Part shown: positions 1-9,605 of the stretch, piece after piece | Position numbering within the stretch: position 1 is the first letter of the stretch | Layout: every line of letters starts with the position of its first letter | Assembly (NCBI GenBank): GCA_017547585.1 | Contig: JAFYPH010000062.1 | Span: forward strand, 1,593-65,592 | Length of the DNA: 64,000 bases | Source of the DNA: Bacteroidaceae bacterium | Lineage (GTDB): Bacteria > Bacteroidota > Bacteroidia > Bacteroidales > Bacteroidaceae | Direction of reading: 5' to 3' | The notes under the pieces: generated by a model | The model's database searches: none | Told to the model about the DNA's origin: nothing | Seen by the model: only the letters and a program-made list of their open reading frames with translations | Made by a program: the position numbers and the translations under genes

Positions 1-640
1 TCCATGTGCCGGTCCAGCCGATAGAGAGCATTGCTCCGCGACCTGCGTCGGTGGCGATGTTGAAGAAGGGAAAAGCATCAGTGTCGGACGAACGGCCGTT
101 CTTGGGCGAGAATGTGTAGTTCTTCCCGCTCTCGGGGGTGACAACGACGGGCGCAAAGTCGTGGCGCGAGCCGTTGCTGCCGCGTGCAGTGTACACGGTG
201 AAACTGTTGCCGCTTTTTGTTCCGAAAAGAATGTCCGAGGCCGATACATTCTTGATGTTCTTCGAGTTTTTGTCGCCCTTGTTGGTAAAGTGCAGCGTCC
301 ACTCTACAGCTTCAAAATCTGTGAAGCCTGTGGCGTCGCATCTGACCTCGATACCTTTGCCTCCCGGCTCGCTGTAAACTATTTCGTATTTTACAACATT
401 TGCCTCGTCGCTCGCCACTCTCTTTTTCGAGAAATTCCATTTGCGGATAAAGTTCTCGGAACTCTCCTCGCCGTATGTGAACGAGAATGGCGGCAGTTTA
501 CCTTTTGCAAACAGGTTGTCTATCCATTTTTGTGCGGTGGATGCCTTTTTCAGCGATACCTCCTGCTGTGCCTCCGTGCCCGACGGAAGGATAAATGCAA
601 GAAGAATAAGCGTAAGCTTCAGTAAATTAATGTGTTTCAT
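1..640 (-). CDS. Secreted glycoside hydrolase, GH36-like (alpha-galactosidase-type) N-terminal part; the gene runs off the window start
   Basis: Hand translation of the reverse strand from the ATG at 640 is open to base 1 (MKHINLLKLTLILLAFILPSG...). It has a signal peptide and ends ...KNGRSSDTDAFPFFNIATDAGRGAMLSIGWTGTW, which resembles the GH36 N-terminal beta-sandwich signature (G-x-SS...PF...SGNW-like). It is absent from the ORF track because it is truncated by the window edge. Confidence 0.5.
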   Translation of the reverse strand, partial: MKHINLLKLTLILLAFILPSGTEAQQEVSLKKASTAQKWIDNLFAKGKLPPFSFTYGEESSENFIRKWNFSKKRVASDEANVVKYEIVYSEPGGKGIEVRCDATGFTDFEAVEWTLHFTNKGDKNSKNIKNVSASDILFGTKSGNSFTVYTARGSNGSRHDFAPVVVTPESGKNYTFSPKNGRSSDTDAFPFFNIATDAGRGAMLSIGWTGTW

Positions 641-791
641 GTTGCGTGCGTTGAATTTATTTTCTTGTTGCGTTAGGTTTTTATTTCCTTGTGATGCGTA
701 AAATTAATTATTATTATTTGATTTTTCAAAAATGTCTCCAAAAACTCTTTCTAATTAATTATCCGATAATTGTTATTACGATTTTTTATTA

Positions 792-799
792 TATCTTTG
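792..799 (+). promoter_or_regulatory. Bacteroides-type -7 promoter box (TATCTTTG) for the GH2 gene
   Basis: Exact TAnnTTTG match 168 nt upstream of the ATG at 967, in the AT-rich divergent intergenic region 641-966. Confidence 0.45.
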
Positions 800-966
800 C
801 AATTGATTGCGAAGATAGGCTGCACTCGTTGCGATTGGAAATGAATTTCCCCTCACTCGTTGGCACTATCATTGCAAAGATAAACTTAGCGAAGATAGGC
901 TGCTTGAGCACCATTCGCGAAAATACTGAAGGGAATAATTTAATATTAACTTTAATAAAAAATACT

Positions 967-2805
967 ATGAGATTTATCAGTGCTTTATTTGCATTTGTGT
1001 TTGCTGCAACAATGTTTGCACAGACTTCAATTCCTCGTCCCGAGCATCCGCGTCCTCAGTTTGTACGCGACAGTTGGGTGAACCTTAACGGTACATGGTC
1101 ATATGTATTCGACTTTGGTGAGTCGGGTCTTACACGTGGCTTGCAGCGTTCAAAAGGTTTCGAGAATAACATCACAGTGCCTTTCTGCCCCGAGAGTAAA
1201 CTCTCTGGCGTAGAGTACAAGGACTTTATCAATTCAATGTGGTACCACCGTGCCGTTGAGATTCCCGCAGCATGGGACGGCAAGAAGATTATTCTTAACT
1301 TCGGCGGTGTTGACTACTTCAGCGCAATCTATGTAAACGGCTCACTCGCTGCACGTCACTGGGGTGGTTCTTCATCTTTCAGCGTAGATATTACAAGATA
1401 CGTGAAGGCTGGCGAGACAGCAAACGTTGTTGTTTGGGTGAAAGACGACCTTCGCTCAGGTGAGCAGACAGGTGGTAAGCAGTGTACAAACTACTACTCA
1501 AGCGGTTGCCACTATACACGTACAACAGGTATCTGGCAGACTGTATGGATGGAGGCTGTTGCTCCCACAGGTCTTCAGGAGGTATATGTAAAGCCCGACC
1601 TCGACAACGAGAGCTTCATCATGGAGCCCAAATTCTATGCACTCGAGAAAGGCTTGTCATTGAATATCAAAGTTAAGGATGGTAACAAGGTAGTTGCAAA
1701 GAAAAGCGCAAAGGCTACTTCTCCCATGACTGTTGTTGTTCCCGTGAAGAAGGCAAAGACATGGTCACCCGAGAATCCCTTCCTCTACGACCTCGAGTAC
1801 GAGGTAGTTGACGCCGAGGGTAACGTGGTTGATAAGGTTGTTGCTTATGCAGGTATGCGCAAAATCCACATTGAGGGCAACCGCATCTTCCTCAACAACG
1901 AGCCCCTTTATTTGCGTATGGTACTCGACCAGGGCTTCTACCCCGACGGTATCTGGACAGCTCCCACAGACGAGGCTCTCAAGAAAGACATCGAGCTCAG
2001 TATGAGCGTAGGCTTCAATAGCGCGCGTCTCCACCAGAAGGTGTTCGAGGAGCGTTTCCACTATTGGGCAGACAAACTCGGTTACCTCACATGGGGCGAG
2101 GCTGGAAGCTGGGGTGTAAACGTGAACAGCGAGGTTGCTGCACGTAACTTCCTCACAGAGTGGAAAGAGGTTGTTATTCGCGACCGCAACCACCCCTCAA
2201 TCATCACATGGACTCCCTTCAACGAGACATGGGGTCGTCCCAGCGGTTCAGAGGCTGCTCGTTTCCACGACAGACTTTTGAGCGACGTTTACGACCTTAC
2301 AAAGAGCCTCGACTATCGTCCTTGCCACGATACATCTGGTGGTTACCACGTGAAGACCGACATCTGGTCTTACCACAACTACGAGCAGGATGCTGCCAAG
2401 CTGAAAGAGAGACTCACAATCAAGAAAGAGGGTGAGGTGCCCACATTGAACATCGAGCGCGAGGCTAAATATAGCGGCCAGCCCTACTTGCTCGACGAGT
2501 ACGGTGGTATCAAATGGGTAGTTGGTAAGCAGTATGCTTCTAACACATGGGGTTACGGTACAGGTCCCAAGACTGTAGAGGAGTTCTACGAGCGTCTCGC
2601 AGCTTTGACCGACACTCTCCTCAGCTTCGACTACATGAGCGGTTATACATATACTCAGCTTACTGACGTTGAGCAGGAGCAGAATGGTGTATTCAACTAC
2701 GACCGTACAGCTAAATTCGATGCTGCTAAGCTCAAGGCTATCTTCGGTAAAGAGCCCGCTTGGTTCCAGGAGTTGAAAGCAAACTACAAAAAGAATAAGA
2801 AATAA
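967..2805 (+). CDS. Glycoside hydrolase family 2 (beta-galactosidase/beta-glucuronidase-like), secreted
   Basis: Internal start MRFISALFAFVFAATMFAQ (signal peptide) within ORF 691..2805. GH2 hallmarks: RPEHPRPQF...WxNLNGxW, GVDYFSAIYVNG, NSARLHQK, NHPSIITWTPFNE (acid/base region), LLDEYGG (nucleophile region). Confidence 0.85.
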   Translation: MRFISALFAFVFAATMFAQTSIPRPEHPRPQFVRDSWVNLNGTWSYVFDFGESGLTRGLQRSKGFENNITVPFCPESKLSGVEYKDFINSMWYHRAVEIPAAWDGKKIILNFGGVDYFSAIYVNGSLAARHWGGSSSFSVDITRYVKAGETANVVVWVKDDLRSGEQTGGKQCTNYYSSGCHYTRTTGIWQTVWMEAVAPTGLQEVYVKPDLDNESFIMEPKFYALEKGLSLNIKVKDGNKVVAKKSAKATSPMTVVVPVKKAKTWSPENPFLYDLEYEVVDAEGNVVDKVVAYAGMRKIHIEGNRIFLNNEPLYLRMVLDQGFYPDGIWTAPTDEALKKDIELSMSVGFNSARLHQKVFEERFHYWADKLGYLTWGEAGSWGVNVNSEVAARNFLTEWKEVVIRDRNHPSIITWTPFNETWGRPSGSEAARFHDRLLSDVYDLTKSLDYRPCHDTSGGYHVKTDIWSYHNYEQDAAKLKERLTIKKEGEVPTLNIEREAKYSGQPYLLDEYGGIKWVVGKQYASNTWGYGTGPKTVEEFYERLAALTDTLLSFDYMSGYTYTQLTDVEQEQNGVFNYDRTAKFDAAKLKAIFGKEPAWFQELKANYKKNKK

Positions 2806-2828
2806 TAGGTTTCTTTGAATATCCCTGA

Positions 2829-2862
2829 AAAGGTTGTCGGAGCACTCCGACAACCTTTTTTT
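2829..2862 (+). terminator. Rho-independent terminator after the GH2 gene
   Basis: Perfect hairpin aaggttgtcgga/tccgacaacctt with a 4-nt loop, followed by a T-run. Confidence 0.8.
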
Positions 2863-2915
2863 ATCTCCATTTTGCAAGTTTTTGCAAATTTTTTGGTGGT
2901 CGTGAGGAAAAATAG

Positions 2916-2923
2916 TACATTTG
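2916..2923 (+). promoter_or_regulatory. -7 promoter box (TACATTTG) for the gtrA-like operon
   Basis: TAnnTTTG match 59 nt upstream of the ATG at 2982. Confidence 0.4.
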
Positions 2924-2981
2924 TAAAATGTAGATTGCACTATTAGGCAATCTCGATAAATAGAAATACCGTATTAGGCAA

Positions 2982-3404
2982 ATGATATTCGAAAAGACAA
3001 ATAACACTCTCGTGCAGCTGTTCCGCTACGGCTTTGTGGCCGTGGGGGCATTTGCGGTCGATTATGGCTGTTATTTTCTGCTATCTTATGTGTTTGCCGT
3101 GCAGTATCTGGTGGCGGCGTTCGTTGGCTTTATTGCCGGAACGACCACCAATTATCTGATATCCAAATTTATGGTTTTTCAGGGCGAGCCAAAGTCGAGA
3201 ACTTCGGAGGTTTTTCTGGTGTTCCTGATAAGCGGCGTGGGGCTGCTGTGGCTCGAGCTTGGACTCTACGTGCTTACGGATATATACGGCGTACACTATC
3301 TTGTGTCGAAACTGATAATGACGGGAATTGTTTTTCTCTGGAACTTTTTCGCACGTAAATTTTTTATGTACTCAAAGTTTTTCAATATTTTGAAAGACTC
3401 CTAA
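2982..3404 (+). CDS. GtrA-family membrane protein (polyprenyl-phosphate-sugar translocation family)
   Basis: 140 aa with four hydrophobic segments. The N-terminal LVQLFRYGFVAVGAFAVDYG and C-terminal LWNFFARKFFMY are typical of the GtrA family. Confidence 0.8.
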   Translation: MIFEKTNNTLVQLFRYGFVAVGAFAVDYGCYFLLSYVFAVQYLVAAFVGFIAGTTTNYLISKFMVFQGEPKSRTSEVFLVFLISGVGLLWLELGLYVLTDIYGVHYLVSKLIMTGIVFLWNFFARKFFMYSKFFNILKDS

Positions 3405-3418
3405 TAAATGATTGAACG

Positions 3419-4453
3419 ATGAATTGTTATCTGATAACGGGCGGCGCCGGCTTTTTCGGCTCCATAATGAAGAAAATATTGCTTAATGGTGGCAACAGGG
3501 TTGTCAGCATCGACCTGCAGGGCGACGACCTTGTGGACGACAACTATATTGCATATAAAGGCGATATTAACGATGATGCCCTGATGGAGCGCATTTTCGA
3601 GGAGTATAAGTTCGATGCTATCTATCACTTTGCGGCGCTGCTTGCCCATGTGAAGAGCGAACTCAAGAACTTGTGGCGCGCCAATGTGGACGGCACGGCG
3701 AACGTAGCGAAATATGCAGCGAAATATGGTGTTCAGCGTGTAATCTTCACGTCGTCCAACTGCTTGTGGGCCCAGGACTTTACCCACAAGATTACCGAAG
3801 AGGAACTGCCCTGCCCGATAGAGATTTATGGAAAGTCGAAGCTCGAGGGCGAGAAGATACTCCTCGCTCACGATGAGTTTATTTCGATAATCTTCCGTTG
3901 CCCCACAATCATGGACGAGGGACGCTTGGGACTGCTTGGCATTCTCTACCAGTTTATCGACGAGAATCGTCGTCTGCCTATGGTGGGCAAGGGCGACAAC
4001 CACTACCAATTTATATACGCCAAAGATCTTGCGAATGCCTGTCTGCTGGCGCGCGACTACAATCGCAGCGATGTCTTTAACATCGGCTCGGACGACGTTA
4101 AGGATTTCCGCACCGTCTATCGCTACGTGATAGAGAAGGCCGGCTCAAAGTCGAAACTGATGTTCCTGCCCAAAGGACTGATGATTGCGGGAATGAAACT
4201 CTGCTTCGCTCTTGGAATCTCTCCGCTGGGCCCCTACCAGTATAAGATGATTGCCTCGAACTTCATATTCGACACTTCGAAAATAAAGCGCGAGCTTGGA
4301 TGGATGCCCACAAAGACCAACGAAGAGATGTTGCTGACTGCGTACAACTATTACCACAACAACAAGAAAGAGATTCTCAACCGCAAGGACGTCTCGGCCC
4401 ATTCGTCGGTGGCAAAGATGGGAGTAATTAGAATTATTAAATGGTTCTGCTAA
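3419..4453 (+). CDS. NAD-dependent epimerase/dehydratase (extended SDR) family protein
   Basis: N-terminal Rossmann motif ITGGAGFFGS; YGKSK catalytic YxxxK; 344 aa. Confidence 0.85.
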   Translation: MNCYLITGGAGFFGSIMKKILLNGGNRVVSIDLQGDDLVDDNYIAYKGDINDDALMERIFEEYKFDAIYHFAALLAHVKSELKNLWRANVDGTANVAKYAAKYGVQRVIFTSSNCLWAQDFTHKITEEELPCPIEIYGKSKLEGEKILLAHDEFISIIFRCPTIMDEGRLGLLGILYQFIDENRRLPMVGKGDNHYQFIYAKDLANACLLARDYNRSDVFNIGSDDVKDFRTVYRYVIEKAGSKSKLMFLPKGLMIAGMKLCFALGISPLGPYQYKMIASNFIFDTSKIKRELGWMPTKTNEEMLLTAYNYYHNNKKEILNRKDVSAHSSVAKMGVIRIIKWFC

Positions 4454-4462
4454 ACAAATAAT

Positions 4463-6043
4463 ATGGCCGAAGAAGGAAAAAAGATAGCGATTATTGTGGG
4501 AGCCGGTCCGGCCGGACTGACTGCCGCATACGAACTGTTGAAACATACAGATATTCACCCCATTGTGCTGGAGGCTACCGACGTTATCGGCGGAATCTCG
4601 CAGACGGTGAAGTATAAAGGGAACCGCATGGACATTGGTGGCCATCGTTTCTTCTCGAAGAACACCGCCATCATGGAGTGGTGGAACAATCTGATGCCTG
4701 TGCAGGGTGCTCCTTCTAAGGACGACATTCTCTTGGACAACAACGCAAAGCCGCTGCAGAAGGATGGCCCCGACCCGCAGAAAGAGGACAGGGTGATGCT
4801 CTACCGCGACCGCGTGTCGCGCATCTTTTTCCTGCGCAAATTCTTCGATTACCCCATTTCGCTCAAGTACTCAACATTTGCGAACATGGGCTTCAAGCGC
4901 ACGGTAAAGTCGGGCATCGGCTATATACGCTCGCAGTTCTCTAAACTGAAAGAGGACTCTCTCGAGAATTTCTACATTAACCGCTTTGGCCGCCCTCTCT
5001 ACGAGCTTTTCTTCGAAGGCTACACAGAGAAAGTGTGGGGCAAGCACCCCTCGAAGCTCGGCGCCGATTGGGGCAGCCAGCGAGTGAAAGGCCTCTCGGT
5101 ATACGCATTGCTCAAGGATGCATTCCTGAAGCCCTTCAGGGGCGACGATGTTTCGCAGAAGAAGGTCGAGACGTCGCTCATCGAGCAGTTCATCTACCCG
5201 AAATTCGGCCCCGGACAGCTTTGGGAGATTGTTGCCGACGACATCCGCGCAATGGGTGGCGAGGTCAGAATGAAGCACGAGGTGCGATGCGTGAATGTAG
5301 AGAAAGGAAAGGTGGTGTCAATCGATTGCCTCACTCCCGACAACACCATCATCAATGTGCCTTGCGACTATCTTTTCTCTACAATGCCGTTGAAGAATCT
5401 TGTGCCGTCGATACTTGGAATAGATGTTCCCGACGATGTTTATCAGATTGCCAAAGAGCTTCCCTACCGCGATTTTATCACAGTGGGCCTGTTGCTCGAC
5501 AAGATGAAGATAAAGAACGAGACAAAGATAAAGACCTATGCAGGACGCGTACCCGACACATGGATATACATTCAGGAGCGCGACGTACAGGTGGGCCGTC
5601 TGCAGGTGTTCAACAACTGGTCGCCCTATCTTGTCAAGGATTATGAAAATACAATGTTTGTCGGCCTCGAATATTTCTGCAACGAGGGCGACTGTATGTG
5701 GAGCATGTCCGACGAGGATTTTATTGCCATGGCAATAGACGAGCTTGTGAAGATTGACATTATCGACCGCGACGCGGTGCTCGACGCCACACGCGTGAAG
5801 ATAAAGAAAGCCTACCCTGCCTATTTTGGCAGCTACTATAAGCTCGACAAGGTGAAAGAGTTCCTCAATGGCATCGACAACCTCTACTGCCTGGGACGCA
5901 ACGGTCAGCATCGCTACAATAATATGGATCACTCGATGATGACAGCAATGGTGGCAGTAGACAATATAAAGAACGGCATCAGCGACAAGAGTGCCGTGTG
6001 GAACGTAAACACAGAGACAGAATATCACGAACAAAGACAATAA
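4463..6043 (+). CDS. NAD(P)/FAD-dependent oxidoreductase (amine-oxidase / UDP-galactopyranose-mutase-like fold)
   Basis: N-terminal dinucleotide-binding motif [15 protein letters not shown]...LE; C-terminal [15 protein letters not shown], typical of this flavoenzyme group; 526 aa. Confidence 0.75.
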   Translation: MAEEGKKIAIIVGAGPAGLTAAYELLKHTDIHPIVLEATDVIGGISQTVKYKGNRMDIGGHRFFSKNTAIMEWWNNLMPVQGAPSKDDILLDNNAKPLQKDGPDPQKEDRVMLYRDRVSRIFFLRKFFDYPISLKYSTFANMGFKRTVKSGIGYIRSQFSKLKEDSLENFYINRFGRPLYELFFEGYTEKVWGKHPSKLGADWGSQRVKGLSVYALLKDAFLKPFRGDDVSQKKVETSLIEQFIYPKFGPGQLWEIVADDIRAMGGEVRMKHEVRCVNVEKGKVVSIDCLTPDNTIINVPCDYLFSTMPLKNLVPSILGIDVPDDVYQIAKELPYRDFITVGLLLDKMKIKNETKIKTYAGRVPDTWIYIQERDVQVGRLQVFNNWSPYLVKDYENTMFVGLEYFCNEGDCMWSMSDEDFIAMAIDELVKIDIIDRDAVLDATRVKIKKAYPAYFGSYYKLDKVKEFLNGIDNLYCLGRNGQHRYNNMDHSMMTAMVAVDNIKNGISDKSAVWNVNTETEYHEQRQ

Positions 6044-6056
6044 AGGGGGATAGACT

Positions 6057-7943
6057 ATGGAAGGCATTGATGCACATTATGAGGAACTTATAGAAGACCG
6101 CGTCACCGAATTTTTTTACATGGTGCGCGACATCCTCACACCCGAGGAGATTGAGCGCGTGCGCGAAGCTTTTCTTTTTGCGCGAGCGGCCCACAAGAAT
6201 CAGAAACGAAAGACGGGCGAGCCTTATATTCTGCATCCGATAGCTGTGGCGCGCATTCTTGCCGTTGAGCTTGAAATTGGCGTTAATCCCATTATTGCAG
6301 CCTTCCTGCACGATGTTGTCGAGGATACAGACTACACAATCGAGGACATCAGCGAGAATTTCGGCAGCGACGTAGCCTTTCTTGTGGGCGCCGTTACCAA
6401 GCAGAAGAAAGAGACCTACGAGACCTCGAAGCAGGTGGATAACTTCAAGCAGATGCTCGACTCGGTGCACTACGACATCCGCGCACTGCTGTTGAAACTC
6501 GCCGACCGTCTGCACAATATGCGCACGCTCAGCAGCATGCGCCCCGACAAGCAGATGAAGATTGCCGGAGAGACAGACTATTTCTATGCTCCGCTGGCCA
6601 ACCGTCTGGGACTCCACAAGATAAAGACCGAGCTCGAAAACCTCTCTTTCCGCTTCCGCTGCCCCCGCGAGTTTGCAACACTCGCCGAGGCTCTGCGCAA
6701 AGAGCGCGCCGAGCGCGAAAAATACATCAACGGATTCATGCAGAATATCACCCGCGTGCTTGCCGCACACGGGCTCGACGTACGCACGCAGCTGCGCTAC
6801 CGTGCACCCTATAAAGTGTGGCGCAAGATGCACACGTCGGGCTGCGATTTTCATCATATAGACGATAAATACTATGTGAGAATCATCTACGGCGAGGTTC
6901 CGGGAATGTCCGAGAAAGATGTCAGCCTGAAAATATACTCAATCCTCACAGATGTCTACAAAGAGCGCCCCCACAGCGTCAACAACTATATTGATTCTCC
7001 CAAAGAGAATGGCTACCAGAGTTTCCATGTGAAGCTTCTGGGCGACAAAGGAGTGTGGGAAGAGGTGCACATTTCATCCGAGCGCATGGTTAAAAAGTCG
7101 CAGTTCGGATGCATCGCCGAGCGCTCCGAAGGAAACATCGTCAACTGGATAGAAAAGTTCAAGTCCGTGCTTCAGGATGTTGCCTGCCACGGAAAAGAGG
7201 TCGAGTATATGGAGGGCGTAACAATGTCCTTCTACAACGACGATATTATGGTGTACACTCCGCAGGGAATGTACGTTATTTTGCCCAAGAATGCCACGGC
7301 TCTCGACTTTGCATTCGAGATTCACTCGAACATTGGCAAGCACGCGCAGTATGCTAAGGTCAACGGCCGTCTCTGCTCGGTGAAGACCGTGCTTCGTCGC
7401 GGCGACTGTGTGGAGATTGGTACCAACGAGAATATAGAGCCTCGTCCCGACTGGCTCGACCACGTTGTCACCTATAAGGCCAAGCGCAACCTGCGCACGA
7501 TGCTCAACCGCCAGAAGAAAATATCCTATATACGTTGCCCCAACTGCCGTCCCCTGCCCGGTGACGAGGTTATAGGCTTCAAGGATCGTTTCGACAAGAT
7601 TACGCTCCATCGTCGCGACTGTCGTTCGGCCATACGTCAGGCCTCGCAGGATGGCGACGCCATAGTAGCTGTGAATTTCGAAGAGGATGGACACTTCCTC
7701 TATCCTGCCTGCATAAGCATCTATGCTATCGACCGCTACCATCTGCTCATCGATCTTGTCGATTGCATCACCAATATGCTGAAGCTGTCGATAAACTCCC
7801 TCTGCACCACCACCGAGGACGAAATTGTGAACTGCACCATTGAGTTCAACGTTCACTCTTCGCGCGAGCTCCACGAGGTTATAGAGCACATTGCTGCAAT
7901 CCCCGGAGTGGACGAGGTTAAGCAGAAATTCCTCGAAAGATAA
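6057..7943 (+). CDS. spoT: Bifunctional RelA/SpoT-family (p)ppGpp synthetase/hydrolase
   Basis: HD hydrolase motifs (HPIAVARIL, FLHDVVEDT), a synthetase region (YRAPYKVWRKM...ENGYQSFHV), a TGS domain (MVYTPQG...VNGRLCSVKTVLRRGDCVEI) and a C-terminal ACT-like region. Confidence 0.9.
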   Translation: MEGIDAHYEELIEDRVTEFFYMVRDILTPEEIERVREAFLFARAAHKNQKRKTGEPYILHPIAVARILAVELEIGVNPIIAAFLHDVVEDTDYTIEDISENFGSDVAFLVGAVTKQKKETYETSKQVDNFKQMLDSVHYDIRALLLKLADRLHNMRTLSSMRPDKQMKIAGETDYFYAPLANRLGLHKIKTELENLSFRFRCPREFATLAEALRKERAEREKYINGFMQNITRVLAAHGLDVRTQLRYRAPYKVWRKMHTSGCDFHHIDDKYYVRIIYGEVPGMSEKDVSLKIYSILTDVYKERPHSVNNYIDSPKENGYQSFHVKLLGDKGVWEEVHISSERMVKKSQFGCIAERSEGNIVNWIEKFKSVLQDVACHGKEVEYMEGVTMSFYNDDIMVYTPQGMYVILPKNATALDFAFEIHSNIGKHAQYAKVNGRLCSVKTVLRRGDCVEIGTNENIEPRPDWLDHVVTYKAKRNLRTMLNRQKKISYIRCPNCRPLPGDEVIGFKDRFDKITLHRRDCRSAIRQASQDGDAIVAVNFEEDGHFLYPACISIYAIDRYHLLIDLVDCITNMLKLSINSLCTTTEDEIVNCTIEFNVHSSRELHEVIEHIAAIPGVDEVKQKFLER

Positions 7944-7946
7944 AAA

Positions 7947-7977
7947 ATATAGGTCGCTTAATTTAAGCGACCTATAT
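7947..7977. terminator. Bidirectional terminator hairpin between spoT(+) and pstB(-)
   Basis: Perfect inverted repeat atataggtcgcttaa/ttaagcgacctatat, flanked by an A-run on one side and a T-run on the other. Confidence 0.8.
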
Positions 7978-7980
7978 TTT

Positions 7981-8748
7981 TTATCCCATCTTGCCTGTCA
8001 AATAGGCTTTTGTACGTTCGTCTGATGGTTTAGAGAACATCGCTTCTGTGTCACCGTACTCGACAAGCTCGCCAAGGTACATGAACATCGACTTCGAAGA
8101 TATACGCCTTGCTTGTCCCATATTATGGGTAACAATAAGAATGGTAACCTCCTTTTGCAATTCCAAAAGCAGTTCCTCGATGTGCTTTGTCGCAATGGGG
8201 TCGAGAGCAGATGTCGGCTCGTCCATCAGAAGAACATCGGGTTTCATCGCAAGGGCACGGGCGATGCACAATCGTTGCTGCTGACCGCCCGAGAGGAATG
8301 TACCTTTCTTGTTCAGCACATCCTTGACCTCGTCCCAAAGTGTCACGCTACGCAAGCAACGCTCTACGGTGACATCCTTTTCAGCCTTTGATAGTTTTAT
8401 GCCGTTCAATGTAAATCCGGATAACACATTATCGTAGATACTCATCGTCGGGAATGGTGCAGGCCGCTGGAATACCATACCCACACGACGGCGTACATCG
8501 ATAGGCTCCATCGCAAGGATATTTTCGCCATTAAGCAGTATTCCGCCATCCACACGGATATTTTGGTAGAGGTTGTGCATAAGATTTACAGCACGCAAGA
8601 GTGTCGATTTTCCGCAACCCGAAGGTCCCATAATTGCAGTGATTGTATTTCTCTCAATAGCAGCGGACACATACTTCACTGCCATCGTCTGCTTGGTATA
8701 TGATACACAAGTCTTCTTGAACTCCAATATAGGTGTTACTGATTCCAT
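7981..8748 (-). CDS. pstB: Phosphate ABC transporter ATP-binding protein PstB
   Basis: Walker A GPSGCGKST, signature LSGGQQQRLCIARA, Walker B LLMDEPTSALD; last gene of the pstSCAB order. Confidence 0.95.
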   Translation of the reverse strand: MESVTPILEFKKTCVSYTKQTMAVKYVSAAIERNTITAIMGPSGCGKSTLLRAVNLMHNLYQNIRVDGGILLNGENILAMEPIDVRRRVGMVFQRPAPFPTMSIYDNVLSGFTLNGIKLSKAEKDVTVERCLRSVTLWDEVKDVLNKKGTFLSGGQQQRLCIARALAMKPDVLLMDEPTSALDPIATKHIEELLLELQKEVTILIVTHNMGQARRISSKSMFMYLGELVEYGDTEAMFSKPSDERTKAYLTGKMG

Positions 8749-9602
8749 TTTTTTGCAAGATATTTAGATAACAAATTAAGGGTGAGTACGAACAACAAAA
8801 GGAAAAGCGATGCTCCCCAGATGAGTTCCTGTAGGTTTGGGTCGTTGAAGAATTCCCATATAAGCAATGGTACTGCCGAAATAGGCTTGTCTATAGAGAA
8901 GCGGATAAGCGAACAACCAAGTGCTGTAAACATCAACGGTGCAGTTTCGCCAATCACTCGTGAGATAGCCAGAAGAACTCCCGTAAATATACCTCCGAAA
9001 GCGGCAGGCAACTGAACTTTGAGCATTACACGGGCTTTGTTGCCACCCAACGCCAAGCCTGCCTCTTTAAGCGATGCAGGAAGAATCTTAAGAGTCTCTT
9101 CGGTCGAACGGATAATAAGCGGAAGCATCATAATGCAGAGTGCCACACTGCCGGCGATAGCCGAATAACCCTTCATGGGCACTACAATCCAGATATATGT
9201 GATGATACCGATAATCACCGAGGGCGTACCCTGCAAAAGGTCGGTCAAATAACTAACTACCTGTGCGAAACGGTTCTTACTATTCTCGGCAAGGAATGCA
9301 CCGCACAAGATGCCTACGGGAACGGCAACAATTACTGCCATTCCGAGCATTATCATTGTGCCGATAATACCATTGGCAATGCCGCCTGGAATGGGCTCTC
9401 CCGCTTCGATAGCTTTCATTGCCTTATATGCCGTGGGGGTTGGCTCGGTAAAGAACGACCACGAAAGCTGGTCGTAACCACGCAATAAAACTTCTCCCAA
9501 AATAGCAAGCAGAGGAACGGCCGTGAACGCTGCAAGAACGCATACACTCCACAGCATCAGTTTGTCTTTTGCCAAACGATTTTTTATTTTGAATGTAGTC
9601 AT
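8736..9602 (-). CDS. pstA: Phosphate ABC transporter permease PstA
   Basis: Multi-TM permease with an EAA-like loop (EETLKILPASLKEAGLALG); overlaps pstB by 13 nt. Confidence 0.9.
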   Translation of the reverse strand: MTTFKIKNRLAKDKLMLWSVCVLAAFTAVPLLAILGEVLLRGYDQLSWSFFTEPTPTAYKAMKAIEAGEPIPGGIANGIIGTMIMLGMAVIVAVPVGILCGAFLAENSKNRFAQVVSYLTDLLQGTPSVIIGIITYIWIVVPMKGYSAIAGSVALCIMMLPLIIRSTEETLKILPASLKEAGLALGGNKARVMLKVQLPAAFGGIFTGVLLAISRVIGETAPLMFTALGCSLIRFSIDKPISAVPLLIWEFFNDPNLQELIWGASLFLLLFVLTLNLLSKYLAKKWNQ

Positions 9603-9605
9603 AGA

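Noticed and set aside
691-966. N-terminal extensions in the ORF track (691-966 for GH2; also 28947-29024, 49125-49187, 50035-50142, 59610-59672, 60224-60256, 45907-45960, 52908-52964, 23745-23780, 53350-53427)
   Set aside because: Each extension runs through AT-rich promoter sequence or overlaps the upstream gene. In every case an internal ATG yields a proper signal peptide or the conserved family N-terminus, and several of the track starts are TTG or GTG codons.
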